Positions 11,300 through 24,689 of a stretch of DNA of 64,000 bases are shown here, piece by piece. Numbering within the stretch: position 1 is the stretch's first letter; each line of letters opens with the position of its first letter. Under the pieces are notes generated by a model. It was given only the letters and a program-made list of their open reading frames with translations. It did not search any database and had not been told where the DNA came from. A program made the position numbers and the translations under genes. The DNA is from Phoronis australis (Eukaryota; Animalia; Phoronida): assembly GCA_002633005.1 (NCBI GenBank), contig NMRA01000043.1, positions 159,463 through 223,462 of the forward strand, given 5' to 3'.

Positions 11300-13405
11300 T
11301 CTTGGCGAAATTAATCAAAAAGATGACGATAAAGATGATGACAAAGATGACAAATATGACGACGATGGTGGCGAGGATGAACAAACATACACATGATGAA
11401 CGTAGAAGTCCGAAATCAGTAAGAAAAAGGCTAAAGTCTTGAGCGACACTTGGCGAAATTAACGGAAAAGACAACGACGAAGATGATGACGAAGATGATG
11501 ACGATGATGACGAATATGATGATGGTGGTGGCGATGATGAACAACATCATAACATTCATATGATGAATTTAGATGTCATACATCGTTAAGAAATAGGCTG
11601 CAGTCTAGTTCAATAGAAGCTAAACCAACCTGAATGCAGCAAGAGCGCTCAACAAAGGAACAGCGTTATCACAAAATCTCAAATAACTCGAAAAGTAGAC
11701 GTCGTAGAGAAAAATGAAAAGCATCTTCTGAAAGCCCGTTCAAAATTCTATCTAAACTGGTGGTATCGCCTAATTCCGTAAATTTTTCGAAAAAAAAAGA
11801 AATTTTGCGTATTTTTTTAAGAAATTCAAAGTCAAATAACTCGAAAACGGTAAGTCTGAGAAAAAAATTGTTACAGGCCATTTGAAAGAATATACTGCAA
11901 AGAATCCACATGAAAAAAATCACGTCTTTTTCTCTTCCCGTTTAAAATCGCACTCCAGCACGACTGAAAATGGGTCAACATGCGCCAGATCCGCCATCTT
12001 GAAAGCAACTTCCGGTTTTTTGGGTCAGTATAATAGCATGTCATAAGAAACTAGTAACTGTAAACATTCGAAGGAATTGATCTGATAATGCGCCCTCTAG
12101 AGAAAACGTTTTTAGGCCAAAATCGAGGTGCGCATGCGTAATCGCCGATATTTCCGCCATCTTTATTCGGAAGTAAACAATTTCCGGTATAGCTGTAGAA
12201 AACTTCCAGTCCATTTACTGTGCCGATACTTAGCCTTTTACGTAAAAAATTGTAGCCTCCAGAAGCATTTGAACCTTTAAATGGAAACAAAATGGCCGCC
12301 ACAGCCGCCATCTTGGATCCGACTTTGACGAAAAACAATAGGCTTCCAGTACTCCCGGAAGTACGTGTTATGTGGAAATTTCGTGATGATCGGACGAAAA
12401 TTGCGACCTGTATCGTGCGAACAAACAAAAAAACGAGAGGACGAGAAAAGACGACGACAGAGATGATGACGAAGATGACAGCTATGACGACGATGGTGGC
12501 GATAATGGACAACCCTAGTTATGATATTCATATAACGAACGTAGAGGTCAGAAATCACTAAGAAATAGGCTACAGTCTTGAGCGACACTTGGCGAAATTA
12601 ACTGAAGAAAAGACGACGTCGGAGATGATGACGAATATGACGAATATGATGATGGTGGTGGCCATGATGAAGAACATCATAACATTCATATGACGAATTT
12701 AGATGTCATAAATCATTAAGAAATAGGCTGCAGTCTAGTTCAATAGAAGCTAAACCAACCTGAATGCAGCAAGAGCGCTCAACAAAGGAGCAGCGTTATC
12801 ACAAAATCTCAAATAACTCAAAAAGTTGACGTCGTAGAGAAAAATGGAAAGCATCTTCTGAAAGCCCGTTCAATGTTCTATCTAAACTGATGGTATCGCC
12901 TAATTCCGTAAATTTTTCGAAAAAAATGAAATTTTGCGTTTTTTTTAAGAATTTCAAAGTCAAATATCTCGAAAACGGTAAGTCTGAGAAAAAAATTGTT
13001 ACAAGCCATTTGAAAGATAATACTTCAAAGAATCTACATGCAAAAAATCACGTCTTTTTCTCTTCCCGTTTAAAATCGCATTCCAGACGACTGAAAATGG
13101 GTCAATATGCGCCATATCCGCCATCTTGAATGCAACTTCCGGTTTTTTGGCATTGTATAATAGCATGTTACAAGAAACTATTACCTGTAAAAATTCGAAG
13201 GAATTGGTCTCATAATGCGCCCTCTAGAGGAGAAAATGTTTTTAAGCCAAAATCGAGGTGCGCATGCGCGATCGCCGATATTTCCGCCATATTTAGCCGG
13301 AAGTAAACAATTTCCGGTATACTTGTAGCAAGCATCCGGTCCATTCACTGTGCCGATTCTTAGCCTTTTACGTAAAAAATTGTAGCCTCCAGAAGCATTT
13401 GAACC
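11300..13405 (+). repeat. ~1.14-kb direct duplication with GATGAC microsatellite blocks (repeat element)
   Basis: cttgagcgacacttggcgaaatt at ~11438 and ~12577; both copies run to ccagaagcatttgaacctt. Confidence 0.85.
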
Positions 13406-14193
13406 TTGTCAGAGCAATATACTTGGCGAAATTTATTTCGACAAGTAATTAAGCACCATCTCAACAAAACAGCGAGCAACAACCCTAAAATAGTCACAGC
13501 CAACCAGGACCTCAGACTAGGACTGTGGACACAATCAATCCCAATGCCTGGGCTCTGGCAGACACTGACCACAGTCTCAAGCTAGCAGAAGAGATGGTGA
13601 AGTTCCTTTAGGCACTTCATACGCCGAAAGCTTTTTGGCAAATTATGCCTCACACTGATTCAAACATCAAAGTCACATTGTTATAAGTACCTTTGGTGTT
13701 GCGAGGGGCTTTATAAGCATGCGCATTAGTTGACGCCAAATCGCACATTTCGCGATCTACGCTTTCCCATGAATGTTGCCGATTGAACTAGGAAAATCTG
13801 GAGGTATTTATGGTATTTATTGGATTCGACGTCAACAAATGTAACTAGTGAACGAGTTGCTGTCGCACATAAAATGTTTGAGTTAAACTAGTCTCAGATT
13901 TGACATGCTTGGAGTTATTGCAGAAGTGCCTGGCAGGCAGCCATATTGGATAGCAGTTGTATACCTTCAATAAGCTATATATAGAGAGAGAGACGACACG
14001 ACCATACTCGCAGCATGCGGCACGCGGTCTGGCATATTGATGATGAACACTATGTAAACAAAAGCACGGTGGCCTTATGGAAGCCGGGGAATTTTCAGAA
14101 AAAAATTTGAAATTTTAAATACTAACGAGGTTCTGAAATATTGGTAACATAAAGCAATGTAAACCGGTGACCCACGCATTGCTTAAAGTCATA

Positions 14194-17100
14194 CCGTATT
14201 TGCCGTAATAACCGCCCATGCCCTCATAAGCGCCCACCCTCACGCGTTTTCAGACTTGTCTAAAATAAGCGCCCAGTCCATGAACGTGTAGGTGCGAAAA
14301 ATGCCTTACCTACAGTCCTAAAAATCTACAGTAACATCATTAATTTATCAATAATATCCGACAGTGAGTCCTGAAAAAAATCATTGTGTGCAGAATTTGT
14401 AGAGCATGAGCCTTACCGCTATGTCGGTATTTAGGCCTAGTGACTACACACTTCAAACTTCCGCCATGCCTCAAAACGAACACAGAAGTTTTGCTGATCT
14501 TGAGAGGATCAATAGTCTGGCCTTTCAGAACAGACATAGTGTACTTGTCAACGGGATTGCTCTGATGATATTTCCCGCTTTCAACAGGAGTCCAAATTTC
14601 TTTGAACACGTGAAAACTGCGAATCGAAGGCTACTAAAAAGCTTGGCCTGTAGTGTTAAAAAGCACGTGGCCAGGAAGCGCGTGCTACAAACATAAACCT
14701 GTCATCAAAGACATTAGTCGGGAACTATCCATTCATGAAACGGGTAGCATAGCATAGGCAAGAAATGAATATTGGCATTAATTTCTGACAGTTTCTAATA
14801 CTATAAAAAATATTTGCATTACTTTTAAGATGAATTGTTTGATCAACCATAATTGGTGTTTTTAAGCCAAATATCCGATAAAATGACCGCCGACAGTGAA
14901 TGCTTAAACACCCTTACAGTGAAAAATAACTGTCAGATAGTTACGTACGCATCCAGCTACACGGCGACTAACATGGGCCTTACCGAGACAAATGTCGAAA
15001 GCTTTTAGCATGAAACCGGCAAGTGATGAATGATACACGCTCTGGTTTAGGCCTACTGTGCACATCTCTTTAGACACATCTAGCTAGTTAGATTGCATGG
15101 CTCTGGCCAAAAGACGGTCTCTGCTTTGGCAAATGAACTCTGGTGATATGCATGCACTCGCTTACTCGCAGAAAAACTTCAAAACAAACGTCACGTGATA
15201 ATAACATGTTTATTCGTCCAGACATTTTTCTCGCCGTGTTACCGATCATACTTGTAGATGGCACGATGTTGCACAGATTTGTACTTAAACCTGGCATTAA
15301 TCTAGACTCCACGGGAACTTAAAAAATCTTAGAGACGCTACTTATAAAACTTAATGAGGATTTCAGGTAATTTGCTTGAGTCGAAACCATTTTTATTCAA
15401 GCATTGAAGTCGCCATATCGAAGACGGCGATTTCGAGGCAGTCAGTCGGCGAGTTTTCGACCTGGGATTTCAGCACAATTTTCTGTAAAATGATCGTAAT
15501 TTAGCAGCAAAGTTTGATAGCAATGCACCACAGTTTTGTTGAAAGTCTTTCATAGATTACATATACTTCACACAGCGTAAATCTGATGAATCTCAGGGCT
15601 CGACGCTATGAAAATCGCCAGGTCGCATTTTGCGACCTAGCCAAAATCCCAGGTCGCAGTTTCAAAACTCAGCTCGCATTCATAAATGCCAGGTCGCAAA
15701 ATTTTCCCGCCAACTTTACGCGCTAAAATACTTTTTTTAGATCATCGAGAAAGTGCTTAGATTATGTTTTTCCCAGCGGCGTTAAGTACTCCCAAATTTC
15801 AGGTCGCAAAATTGAGTTCTTACATGCAGGTACCGCGTTACTATTCTTCACAACCGACATTCAAAGGCTATTGCCGACACGTGAAAGTTGAATCAGTGCT
15901 TTCTAACCAACACCTGCATTAGAGTAGCTTAGTTTGCAATGTGAAACGGGAGAAGATATTCGTTGAAAAAGTATCCGCAATTTTGCTAGGTCTGACCTGC
16001 TATATGAATGTCATCAATTTCGTTAACTAACTCTGAGTGCAAACTCCCTCCATTTTTTATTCGCAGGCCATACTTTGCAACTTAATTCGACGTTTGAAAA
16101 CATCACGTCGAAAAAATCCGTGAAACGTTGCCTGAGCCGAATCACATATGCGGAAGCATGTACAAATGAGTGCAAATTTCACAACAGAAATGCTGGACTT
16201 ATGATGTTTAAGTACTCAACAATTAGTTTCCATGAAATGAAAGACCTTGAAATAATTCCCAAATCTGAGCGAGTTTCCATCGGGTACACGGTAATTCAAG
16301 TTTGCTCCTCAATACCTTCCACGAACGGGAAAAATAATAGGTCAATCACAAAACGACACACATGTCACTAGTCTAACTTTCTTTCGGATGTTTAGAAACA
16401 AAGCTGGGGTTTGGTTTTTTAGATATTGAGAAAAGACATTTTCTTTGAAAACTGAATTTGTTTTGTAAAATGAGAGTGACTCACTATATAGGTTGCATGT
16501 CAATTTCAAACCACGTGCGGTCGTCTGTAGTGCGCTGTGATGGGCGCTAGCCTGAACTGTTGGTGCTTAATTGGAAATTCTCAAAAGTTGAGGGGAAACG
16601 CTTAGTGAGCGCTTATTATGAAACACTTCAAAGGTAGGGAGTAGACGCATGCGTGAGCATAGTCGTTAACAAGAGTGTTGGCGGTAATAAGATATTGAAA
16701 GACTGCAATAGTGCGAAATGTTATTATAAAACGATTTTGTGAGGCAAAATCCTTTTAGTAGGGGTGACTTTCTGGTTATCGTTACCACTTACGCTGCATG
16801 TGCGCACCCTCCCTAAAATATAGGGGGGCTCAGTATGTGCACCTTTTACTCGTTTGAGCCCCCCGCGCTTTCCTCTTTTTAGATACCCGGAATAATTTTG
16901 TTTTTAATTACCAGCTTCAGTCAGAATAAGAGTCCTTCTATTGGAGTCTGAAAATTAATTTTACGGCATTGTCTGGAGAGCGAAAAATTAGCATGGGGTG
17001 GGGTGTATGAAGAGAAGAATAAAAAATTCGCTAACCACGATTTCGCATCTAACCATTTTTTTGCAATAGCTGGCTACGAGGAGAGATCATCGGGCCTAGG

Positions 17101-18259
17101 GAACATTGACCCGGGGAAAATCGGAACAGGAAATATCAGTTCTGGGCTACATCGGTCCCGGAGAATATCGTAAAGCATCGGGTCTTAATTAATCGCCGGG
17201 TACCTATTAAGTTCTTTGTCAAATAAACCATTGGCACCCGTGTGCTTAACAGAGCCAAGCTGGTATGCTCTTCCATTTAGGACTGTTGCTGTTCTCTTTT
17301 GATGTGCAGCTTTTTAGTGGTGCGCTCGCATGAGTTCACGCACTTGAATCGCTGGAGTAGACCTACTCTTTATGTTGGCAACAACATGGGACAGACGACT
17401 CATATGTCACGCACATAGCCTTAGAAACAAGTAAAGGGTTTGAGAATTTCTTGGCGACTCAGAAACACCTTTGCTGAAAGTAAAGACGTGGTCGTCGTTT
17501 GGCAATTAATAGGGTTGTCATTTTCACGTTTGCTGCCTTTTGCTATGAAAAACGAGACTTATATTTCCAAGTCACGGTCGTCTGCAGGGACTGCTTGTGC
17601 GCTAACAACGGGACCGACCAGTGCCGCAGAGTGATATCAGGGATTTTGTCACGGATATTTGATAATAACTAAGGACATCTTAAATGAAAAATAAGTACGT
17701 TTTTCCACCACAAAATTTGGCGAGTTGATCATCTAAGAATTAGTTGGAACACCGCTGTTTTGTGACGTTTCATCACTAGTTATGCCGTGGTCTGAAACCG
17801 TCTTCGACACATCCGGAAATTTAAAGAAGTAGCCAAAAATGCTAGCCGAAGATCGATTCTGCATTATCCCATGTTCACGCTAAATGCTTAACAGTCATCA
17901 GGAGGGCTCTTCTTAGTCGGTTAGTGTCATTTTGAACTTGATTTGGCAACAAGATTGGTCGGATTCACACGAGTAGCTTTATATTTGCCTGGCATCTGCC
18001 GAGAAGTGTAAAAACTCAACTCGCATGCCTTGGAAATTCTAGGTCGCATTTTGCGACTCGATACGAGCTGGCAAAAATCTCAGCTTGCACTTCCAAATTT
18101 CAGGTCGCAAATGCAACCTGCAGCTGTCAAGCCCTGAATCTTAGCTTCCAATTTCACCCGTTTCGGGAGACTGGGTTTCAACCGCGTTGGGTTATAATAA
18201 GCGCCCCCACTGAACTGAACTTTTCTAAGCGCCCTGGGCGGTTATTACGGCGAATACGG
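14194..18259. mobile_element. Tc2/pogo-like non-autonomous element, TA TSD, TIR CCGTATTYGCCGTAATAACCGCCCA
   Basis: ta|ccgtatttgccgtaataaccgccca ... tgggcggttattacggcgaatacgg|ta. Confidence 0.85.
15594..18136. mobile_element. hAT-like element, TIR CAGGGCTYGAC, 5-bp TSD AATCT, nested in the Tc2-like element
   Basis: aatct|cagggctcgac ... gtcaagccctg|aatct; subterminal aggtcgca repeats at both ends. Confidence 0.8.
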
Positions 18260-18269
18260 TATGACACTC

Positions 18270-19053
18270 CAGTGTTCTCCACATAATAAACTCTAAACTC
18301 GACCTAAATGTTCAGTGTCAGTTGCTGACATTGTCTCATCTCTAACCATAACCATGGGTTTGCTGGAGGTCTTTATATATGGTTTAAAAGACAGTGCACA
18401 CTGCACTGGCGTGACTTACTTTTTAGACACTTCAAAGTTTAGCTTTCCTACCAATGTATTTCATAATTCCTCCAAAGCATTTGACAGAGCCAGAGCAGCA
18501 AACAAAAGATTAAAATTTCCTTTAATAATACCAATGCCGATTTTAATATCAATTAGACATATTAAGTACTACTAACAGGAGTTCTGATGTGACCTAGTTT
18601 TTAGTGACACCTGTTGTCAAGTTGAATAAGCTCATAAAGTTCTAACTTGCCACGAGATGTCAGTCAAAATCAAAATTGTCTTTATTAAGCAAATTAAATT
18701 GTTTCTTTACAGATTGACTTGCAAAATTTTAAAGTAAGAATGACAAAGTAGATTAGTCATTTGATTGAGCAAGCTAGATGACTCCATGAAATTTTTGTTA
18801 TTCAAAGATTTTTGCAGATTTTGTTAATTATAATTTAAACTCTTGTAGCGTCATACAAAGTTATACATATAGTGTTTGTTGACGGCCTCTTATATTCTGT
18901 AATGGGCTTGATGTTGGTTAATCGGGCTGTGCTTTAGTGTCAAGGGCTGAAATGCCAAACCAGGCCACAACTTCAAACCTGAGGCAGCACTTCCTAAACT
19001 CAAAATCCAAACTCATTACAGCGTCGAGTTAAAACAGGTCGTGGAGAACACTG
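18270..19053. mobile_element. hAT-like element, TIR CAGTGTTCTCCAC, 5-bp TSD CACTC
   Basis: cactc|cagtgttctccac ... gtggagaacactg|cactc. Confidence 0.85.
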
Positions 19054-19649
19054 CACTCCCGACCAGAAATTCAACGGGTGCTTCACTTCAGCCGTCCATA
19101 TCAAACACAAAACTCAATAAATTTATACAAAACAAGGTTTTAACAAACCGTTAGCAATTTTTCTTTCTTCTAATACCATTCACGATGTCCTGGTCCAGTG
19201 AGATCACAACAAATTCGCGGTCACAGCACAAAAATGTTCCCAAAAAGCCCACGCATCGAGTCTCCTTGGATGGTTTGAGGTCAAGGACAGGACGGCAATT
19301 CTTGACTTGTCACGAACTGTCACGGCATCGTTAACTCCACACTTAGCCAGACCATTTCGTAACCTTTCGTGAAGAACTGGCAATTGCCGTTCATCCGTAA
19401 CTTATTAGATAATTCCGAACCGCCCATGACCTCGAACCATCCAAGGAGGCTCGATGTGTGGGCTTTTTGGTAACATTTTTGTGCTCTGACCGTGAATTTG
19501 TTGCGATCTCGCTAGGGCAGGACACCGTGAATGGTATTAGAAGAAAGAACAATTGCTGAAACCTTGTTTTGTAAAATTTAATGAGTTTTGTGTTTGATAT
19601 GGACGGCTGAAGTGAAGCACCCATGGAATTTCTGGTCGGGAGTGTCATA
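19054..19649. mobile_element. Foldback MITE (long palindrome) whose left end is interrupted by insertions; Kolobok-like TTAA|AG start at ~14183
   Basis: cactcccgaccagaaattc... is mirrored by ...gaatttctggtcgggagtgtcata; removing the inserts restores ttaaagtcatatgacactcccgacc. Confidence 0.7.
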
Positions 19650-19668
19650 CCTTGTAGTATTATATATA

Positions 19669-22600
19669 CTCTGGGGTTCTGAATAGTAGTAGAGACAGCA
19701 ATAATAGTATAGACTGGAAAATTTCACGATTTTTAATAATAGTAGAGACTCTAATAATAGTTTTGACCCAACATTTTTGCCACTAGAAAAGTAGAATAAT
19801 AGTATAGACTGGAAATTTGTCGGAAAAAATTAATAATAGTATAGAATGGAATAATGGTATAGACGGCAAATTTGTGGAAATTTAAACATAGTATAGACTG
19901 GAATAATAATATTGATTATAAATTTAGGTAAAGTCTAATAATGATATAGAAAGGAATAATGCAAAACAGCAAATTCTAAGGAATAATGATATAGGCGGTA
20001 AATTTGAGAAAAATTAAAAATAATATAGATTGGAATAATAACATTGATTACAAATTTGCGTAAAATCTAGTAACAGTAGATGGAAATAATAGGAAGTGCA
20101 AAATCTAATAATGATGTAGATGGGATTGGAATAATAGTGCAAAGAAGCATATTCTGACTTACCACCGCTTTAAGTACTTGTTTCAAAGAAAAACTTTTTA
20201 ATTGAACATTAGCATAGGTAAATTATTGCAGTGGTGTATCCACCCATGCCATAACATAGTACAGTGAAGTGGAATAAAGTGTCATTGCTAAAACAAAGAT
20301 CATTCGTTTATTCAATAACTTTAAATGGAAGTCTGTATGGTATGCGTTATCATTTTACTCAAAAAAGAATGTGACATTAATACTAGAGATGCCAATGTGA
20401 CATTAATACTAGAGATGCCAATGTGACATTAATACTAGAGATGCCAATGTGACATTAATACTAGAGATGCCAATGTGACATTAATACTAGAGATGCCAAT
20501 GTGACATTAATACTAGAGATGCCAATGTGACATTAATACTAGAGATGCCAATGTGACATTAATACTAGAGATGCCAATGTGACATTAATACTAGAGATGC
20601 CAATGTGACATTAATACTAGAGATGCCAATGTGACATTAATACTAGAGATGCCAATGTGACATTAATACTAGAGATGCCAATGTGACATTAATACTAGAG
20701 ATGCCAATGTGACATTAATACTAGAGATGCCAATGTGACATTAATACTAGAGATGCCAATGTGACATTAATACTAGAGATGCCAATGTGACATTAATACT
20801 AGAGATGCCAATGTGACATTAATACTAGAGATGCCAATGTGACATTAATACTAGAGATGCCAATGTGACATTAATACTAGAGATGCCAATGTGACATTAA
20901 TACTAGAGATGCCAATGTGACATTAATACTAGAGATGCCAATGTGACATTAATACTAGAGATGCCAATGTGACATTAATACTAGAGATGCCAATGTGACA
21001 TTAATACTAGAGATGCCAATGTGACATTAATACTAGAGATGCCAATGTGACATTAATACTAGAGATGCCAATGTGACATTAATACTAGAGATGCCAATGT
21101 GACATTAATACTAGAGATGCCAATGTGACATTAATACTAGAGATGCCAATGTGACATTAATACTAGAGATGCCAATGTGACATTAATACTAGAGATGCCA
21201 ATGTGACATTAATACTAGAGATGCCAATGTGACATTAATACTAGAGATGCCAATGTGACATTAATACTAGAGATGCCAATGTGACATTAATACTAGAGAT
21301 GCCAATGTGACATTAATACTAGAGATGCCAATGTGACATTAATACTAGAGATGCCAATGTGACATTAATACTAGAGATGCCAATGTGACATTAATACTAG
21401 AGATGCCAATGTGACATTAATACTAGAGATGCCAATGTGACATTAATACTAGAGATGCCAATGTGACATTAATACTAGAGATGCCAATGTGACATTAATA
21501 CTAGAGATGCCAATGTGACATTAATACTAGAGATGCCAATGTGACATTAATACTAGAGATGCCAATGTGACATTAATACTAGANCAAAAGCATGAAACGG
21601 GCGAAAACTCAAACATTTTAAATGGGGATATTCTTGCGGCACATCATATTATTAAAATAATGACATTTATTTCGCTTTTGGTGTTTTCAAAAAAAGATGA
21701 AGTAGATGAAACTACAGCTCTGAAACACCAGTTTGCAGTTGAGCAAGGTCCGTGTCCCTATATAAAGTACAGAATTGCTATGGCACATGAGGTTACTGAA
21801 AGCAGACACTCTGGCAACCAAACACGTGCTAATGATTGACAGGCCTACCAAATAGTTTGAACATTGCAACATTTAAAATACATTGTATACTTCTTTCTGA
21901 GTTGAAAGGGCCAACTTCTCTCTTTGATTAACTGGGAGTCTAAGTAATCTTACAATGTGGGTGTCCAAACTGGAGAAATTCTGATTGACAGGGCGTCCAA
22001 ATGATACATTGGGCGTCCTTGCCAGGGCGTCTACATTAGTGCTAGGGCGTCCATTTGGACGCCCAGGACGTACGCTGCATGAAGGCCTGTGTAGAATGCG
22101 CATGTCAATAATGACGAAAACCGCAGATGACACTGGCTGTGCAAAATCCCAGACTTACTCCCTCGGACACGCGAACTTCGGGGACAGAAACAGTGAAGAG
22201 TTGTTACGGCTTGCCAGTTTTTCACAGGGTGCAATCATAAATATTGAATCACCCAAAGAAACTCGTTGAAAGCGTTTTTATTCATATGAATATTGAGCTG
22301 CCGGTAACAACGATCTGTGTCAAGGATGCGCGGAATATTGAAAAATGCACTTTTTGTGCATTTAATTCATCATTTCTGAAATTACTAATGGCCTTTTTCT
22401 TTGAGCGACTGCCAACCAGCCGTTAATATTAAGAGAAGTGGTCATCATTTCAAGCTTTTTAAATTTCGCCAACACTTTCTTAATTCTGACCGATCCTGTC
22501 GAACCTGTCCAAAATAACATTCTGGCCGTCCAGCAGACAGCCGCTGCGTAAACCCTGGCTTAGGAGTCCTGTTAGTTACACTATGAAACATACAGTTGTA

Positions 22601-22971
22601 TATTTTAGCGAATAAAATCTTTATGTGTATGACATGTGACTTCTGTGTGTAACGCGGAGTCGTACATAGATCTTGTAAATTACGAAATCTGAACTGTGTG
22701 TTTCGTGGTCTAGAGGCTTAGAGCGAATTAGGAGCGAATTAACTATGAGTTAAGACCAAGGTACGATACCCGGTGTCAGCAGCTAAGTCTTTGTGTAACA
22801 AATTTTTAATGAATGAAACAAAAACTGAGAACTTGCTGAATCAAATAACCGTGGAGAGTGGACAAAGATTAGAAAATTAATAAACGTAGAGACCCGAATA
22901 AGCGTCGTATAGATCGGAAAATGAGTCTGAAACAAATAATCGTATAGATACGACTATTCGGAACTCGAGAG
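19669..22971 (+). mobile_element. TA-flanked DNA transposon copy 1 (TIR CTCT.G.GTTC.GAATAGT.GTA) in NDUFS2 intron 1
   Basis: ta|ctctggggttctgaatagtagta ... tacgactattcggaactcgagag|ta; AATAATAGTATAGA subterminal repeats; contains an N and a hAT end. Confidence 0.75.
20368..21583. repeat. Perfect 26-bp tandem array (gtgacattaatactagagatgccaat) x~47 ending at an N
   Basis: No variants seen between units; N at 21584; single unit in the paralogous copy at ~28900-28930. Confidence 0.95.
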
Positions 22972-23161
22972 TAGTGTATTGGGGACGATCAGATGCTGAG
23001 GAAGCCTTTGGGGCTTTGGCCTGGGTCTGGTTGGGGAAAATTACATAAATCATAAATGATAAAAATAAATAATTGACATTCCTTTTCAACAGGGCAGACA
23101 GAAACTCCCAAAATTTCTAGCATTAGCTAATCTGACGTCCTTTTACTTGAACTCAAATTAC

Positions 23162-23265
23162 CTGACAAAATATACAGAGGCAGGATACTGATTTATGGCG
23201 TTCTTTGTCAATAAAGTGGCTACAGGACTGGCCCTGCCAAGAGTACCTCTAATGATCGACGCCAT
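23162..23265 (-). CDS. NDUFS2: NDUFS2 exon 1, mitochondrial presequence (MASIIRGTLGRASPVATLLTKNAINQYPASVYFV-R)
   Basis: caagATGGCG start; basic/hydroxyl-rich with no acidic residues; CAG|GTAATT donor; phase 2 joins exon 2. Confidence 0.88.
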
Positions 23266-23469
23266 CTTGGAAGGTTAGAGCTCTCACGTATATCGAGATC
23301 GCACTCATTCTGGTTTTAATAACTATTTTAACCATTTATGAATAAAAAATCGTGACATATTGCTTTTATTTCGTTCATCATAACAGAAAATGTTTTTAAA
23401 CTGTAAAAATAATAAAACTTGTATTTAGTGTTGTAGTGTCTTCCCAGAACGCTATTGAAAAACTCAAAA
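23266..23469. promoter_or_regulatory. Bidirectional promoter and 5'UTRs of NDUFS2 and RBM42
   Basis: 204 bp between divergent ATGs; both starts lie in YY1-type AA(A/G)ATGGCG motifs. Confidence 0.8.
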
Positions 23470-23525
23470 ATGGCGACTTACGGAGGTGATGACAAAATGA
23501 AAGAAATGGAAGCGGAGATGTCCCG
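23470..23525 (+). CDS. RBM42: RBM42 exon 1 (MATYGGDDKMKEMEAEMS-R)
   Basis: Matches the RBM42 N-terminal motif (L)KEMEAEM..FE.E; CG|GTAAAT donor, phase 2. Confidence 0.9.
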
Positions 23526-23878
23526 GTAAATTTCCATGTGTCTCTATCAGTGTTACTCAGTGTGGATCGTATTTTTTCGCTTTGCAACTAACTCATGCCT
23601 TAGCTGTATAAATTTACCCCCAGAAACAGCGTGGCATTAGTTGTAAATTCGAGACCGGCGACGGCGCACCGACCCCCATCTTCGAATAACGCCGGGCCAC
23701 CAGACATGAGATTGAGAGTCTAAGCCGTTCGGCCAGGGGTCAATTGGCACATGGGAAGTTCTTTTATAATCACAGTTGTCATCTTTGGAACTGTAAATTT
23801 TCAACACTCCTCTCGAGACCTTGCTTTTGGGGTGTGGTAACTTCCTTTCCACCTGCTCTCGAGTTCCGAATAGTCGTA

Positions 23879-24689
23879 TAGTCTGGTTACCTATTGTCGT
23901 CAGGCTCCAAAGGTCGTCCGCCATCTTGTTTTGCGTGCAGCGCAACCACGCGGGACTTAGCGTTCCAATTTGGATTGCTCGTCTGCACGTTAGGTACTAA
24001 CTTATCGGAAGAGACACGTGTCAAAGTAATGAGACAAAAATCGGTGAGTTTACCGATTGTTTTTTAAAACCACTTAAAAATCAGTAGATTTTACTAATAC
24101 ACTTTTTTGTGCGTTTTCAGAAGATGTTTTCGAATTTAAATTTTCTTCCGACGGGACACAAAACATGATCCAGGGTTTGTTTATGCAATGTATCTGTTTG
24201 TCCCAGGCACTAGTAGGATCTAGAAGGCCAAAGGAAAAATCCGCAGACAAATGCGATACGCTGGGTTCTTAACATTTTTGCCTCACGTTCACCATTAAAC
24301 TGCATTGAAATGTTGTCCAATTGGCTTTTATTGGAAACCACAGTGCAGAGCTCAACATCAAAGCTTCAAATCGAGTTTATGTCAATAAAAACAGGCTGTT
24401 GCAATTTTCATTACTTCGTTGGCCTTTTTCTGCATGTTTCTCAGTTTTTACAAAAGGGGGCAGCATATGACGAACTTAGGTGTCACAATAAAATGGCTGC
24501 CGAAGGCAGTGCACATTTGAAATAACTCGGCACAAATTAAAGAAAACTTCCGAATCGATGAATGCGGTATATCTGTGGGAGTTAAATCGAATCCTATTCA
24601 GATCATAACTTTGAAGTGGAATAATTCGGTGAGTACAACAGCAAGTCGGTTTTATGCTTAGGCGGACGACCATTGGGTTCCCCAGTATA
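23879..24689 (+). mobile_element. ~0.8-kb element with imperfect TIRs (tagtctggttacctattgtcgtc / gacgaccattgggttccccagtata)
   Basis: Absent from the mirrored arm of copy 1; second, diverged copy at ~29649-30958. Confidence 0.65.

Noticed and set aside
11196-12700. Asp-rich short ORFs as acidic proteins
   Set aside because: They come from GATGAC microsatellite blocks inside a duplicated repeat element; frames are short and differ between copies.
20368-21583. CRISPR-like array (also considered for the 47-bp and 65-bp repeats)
   Set aside because: Units are contiguous with no unique spacers, there are no cas genes, and the context is eukaryotic.
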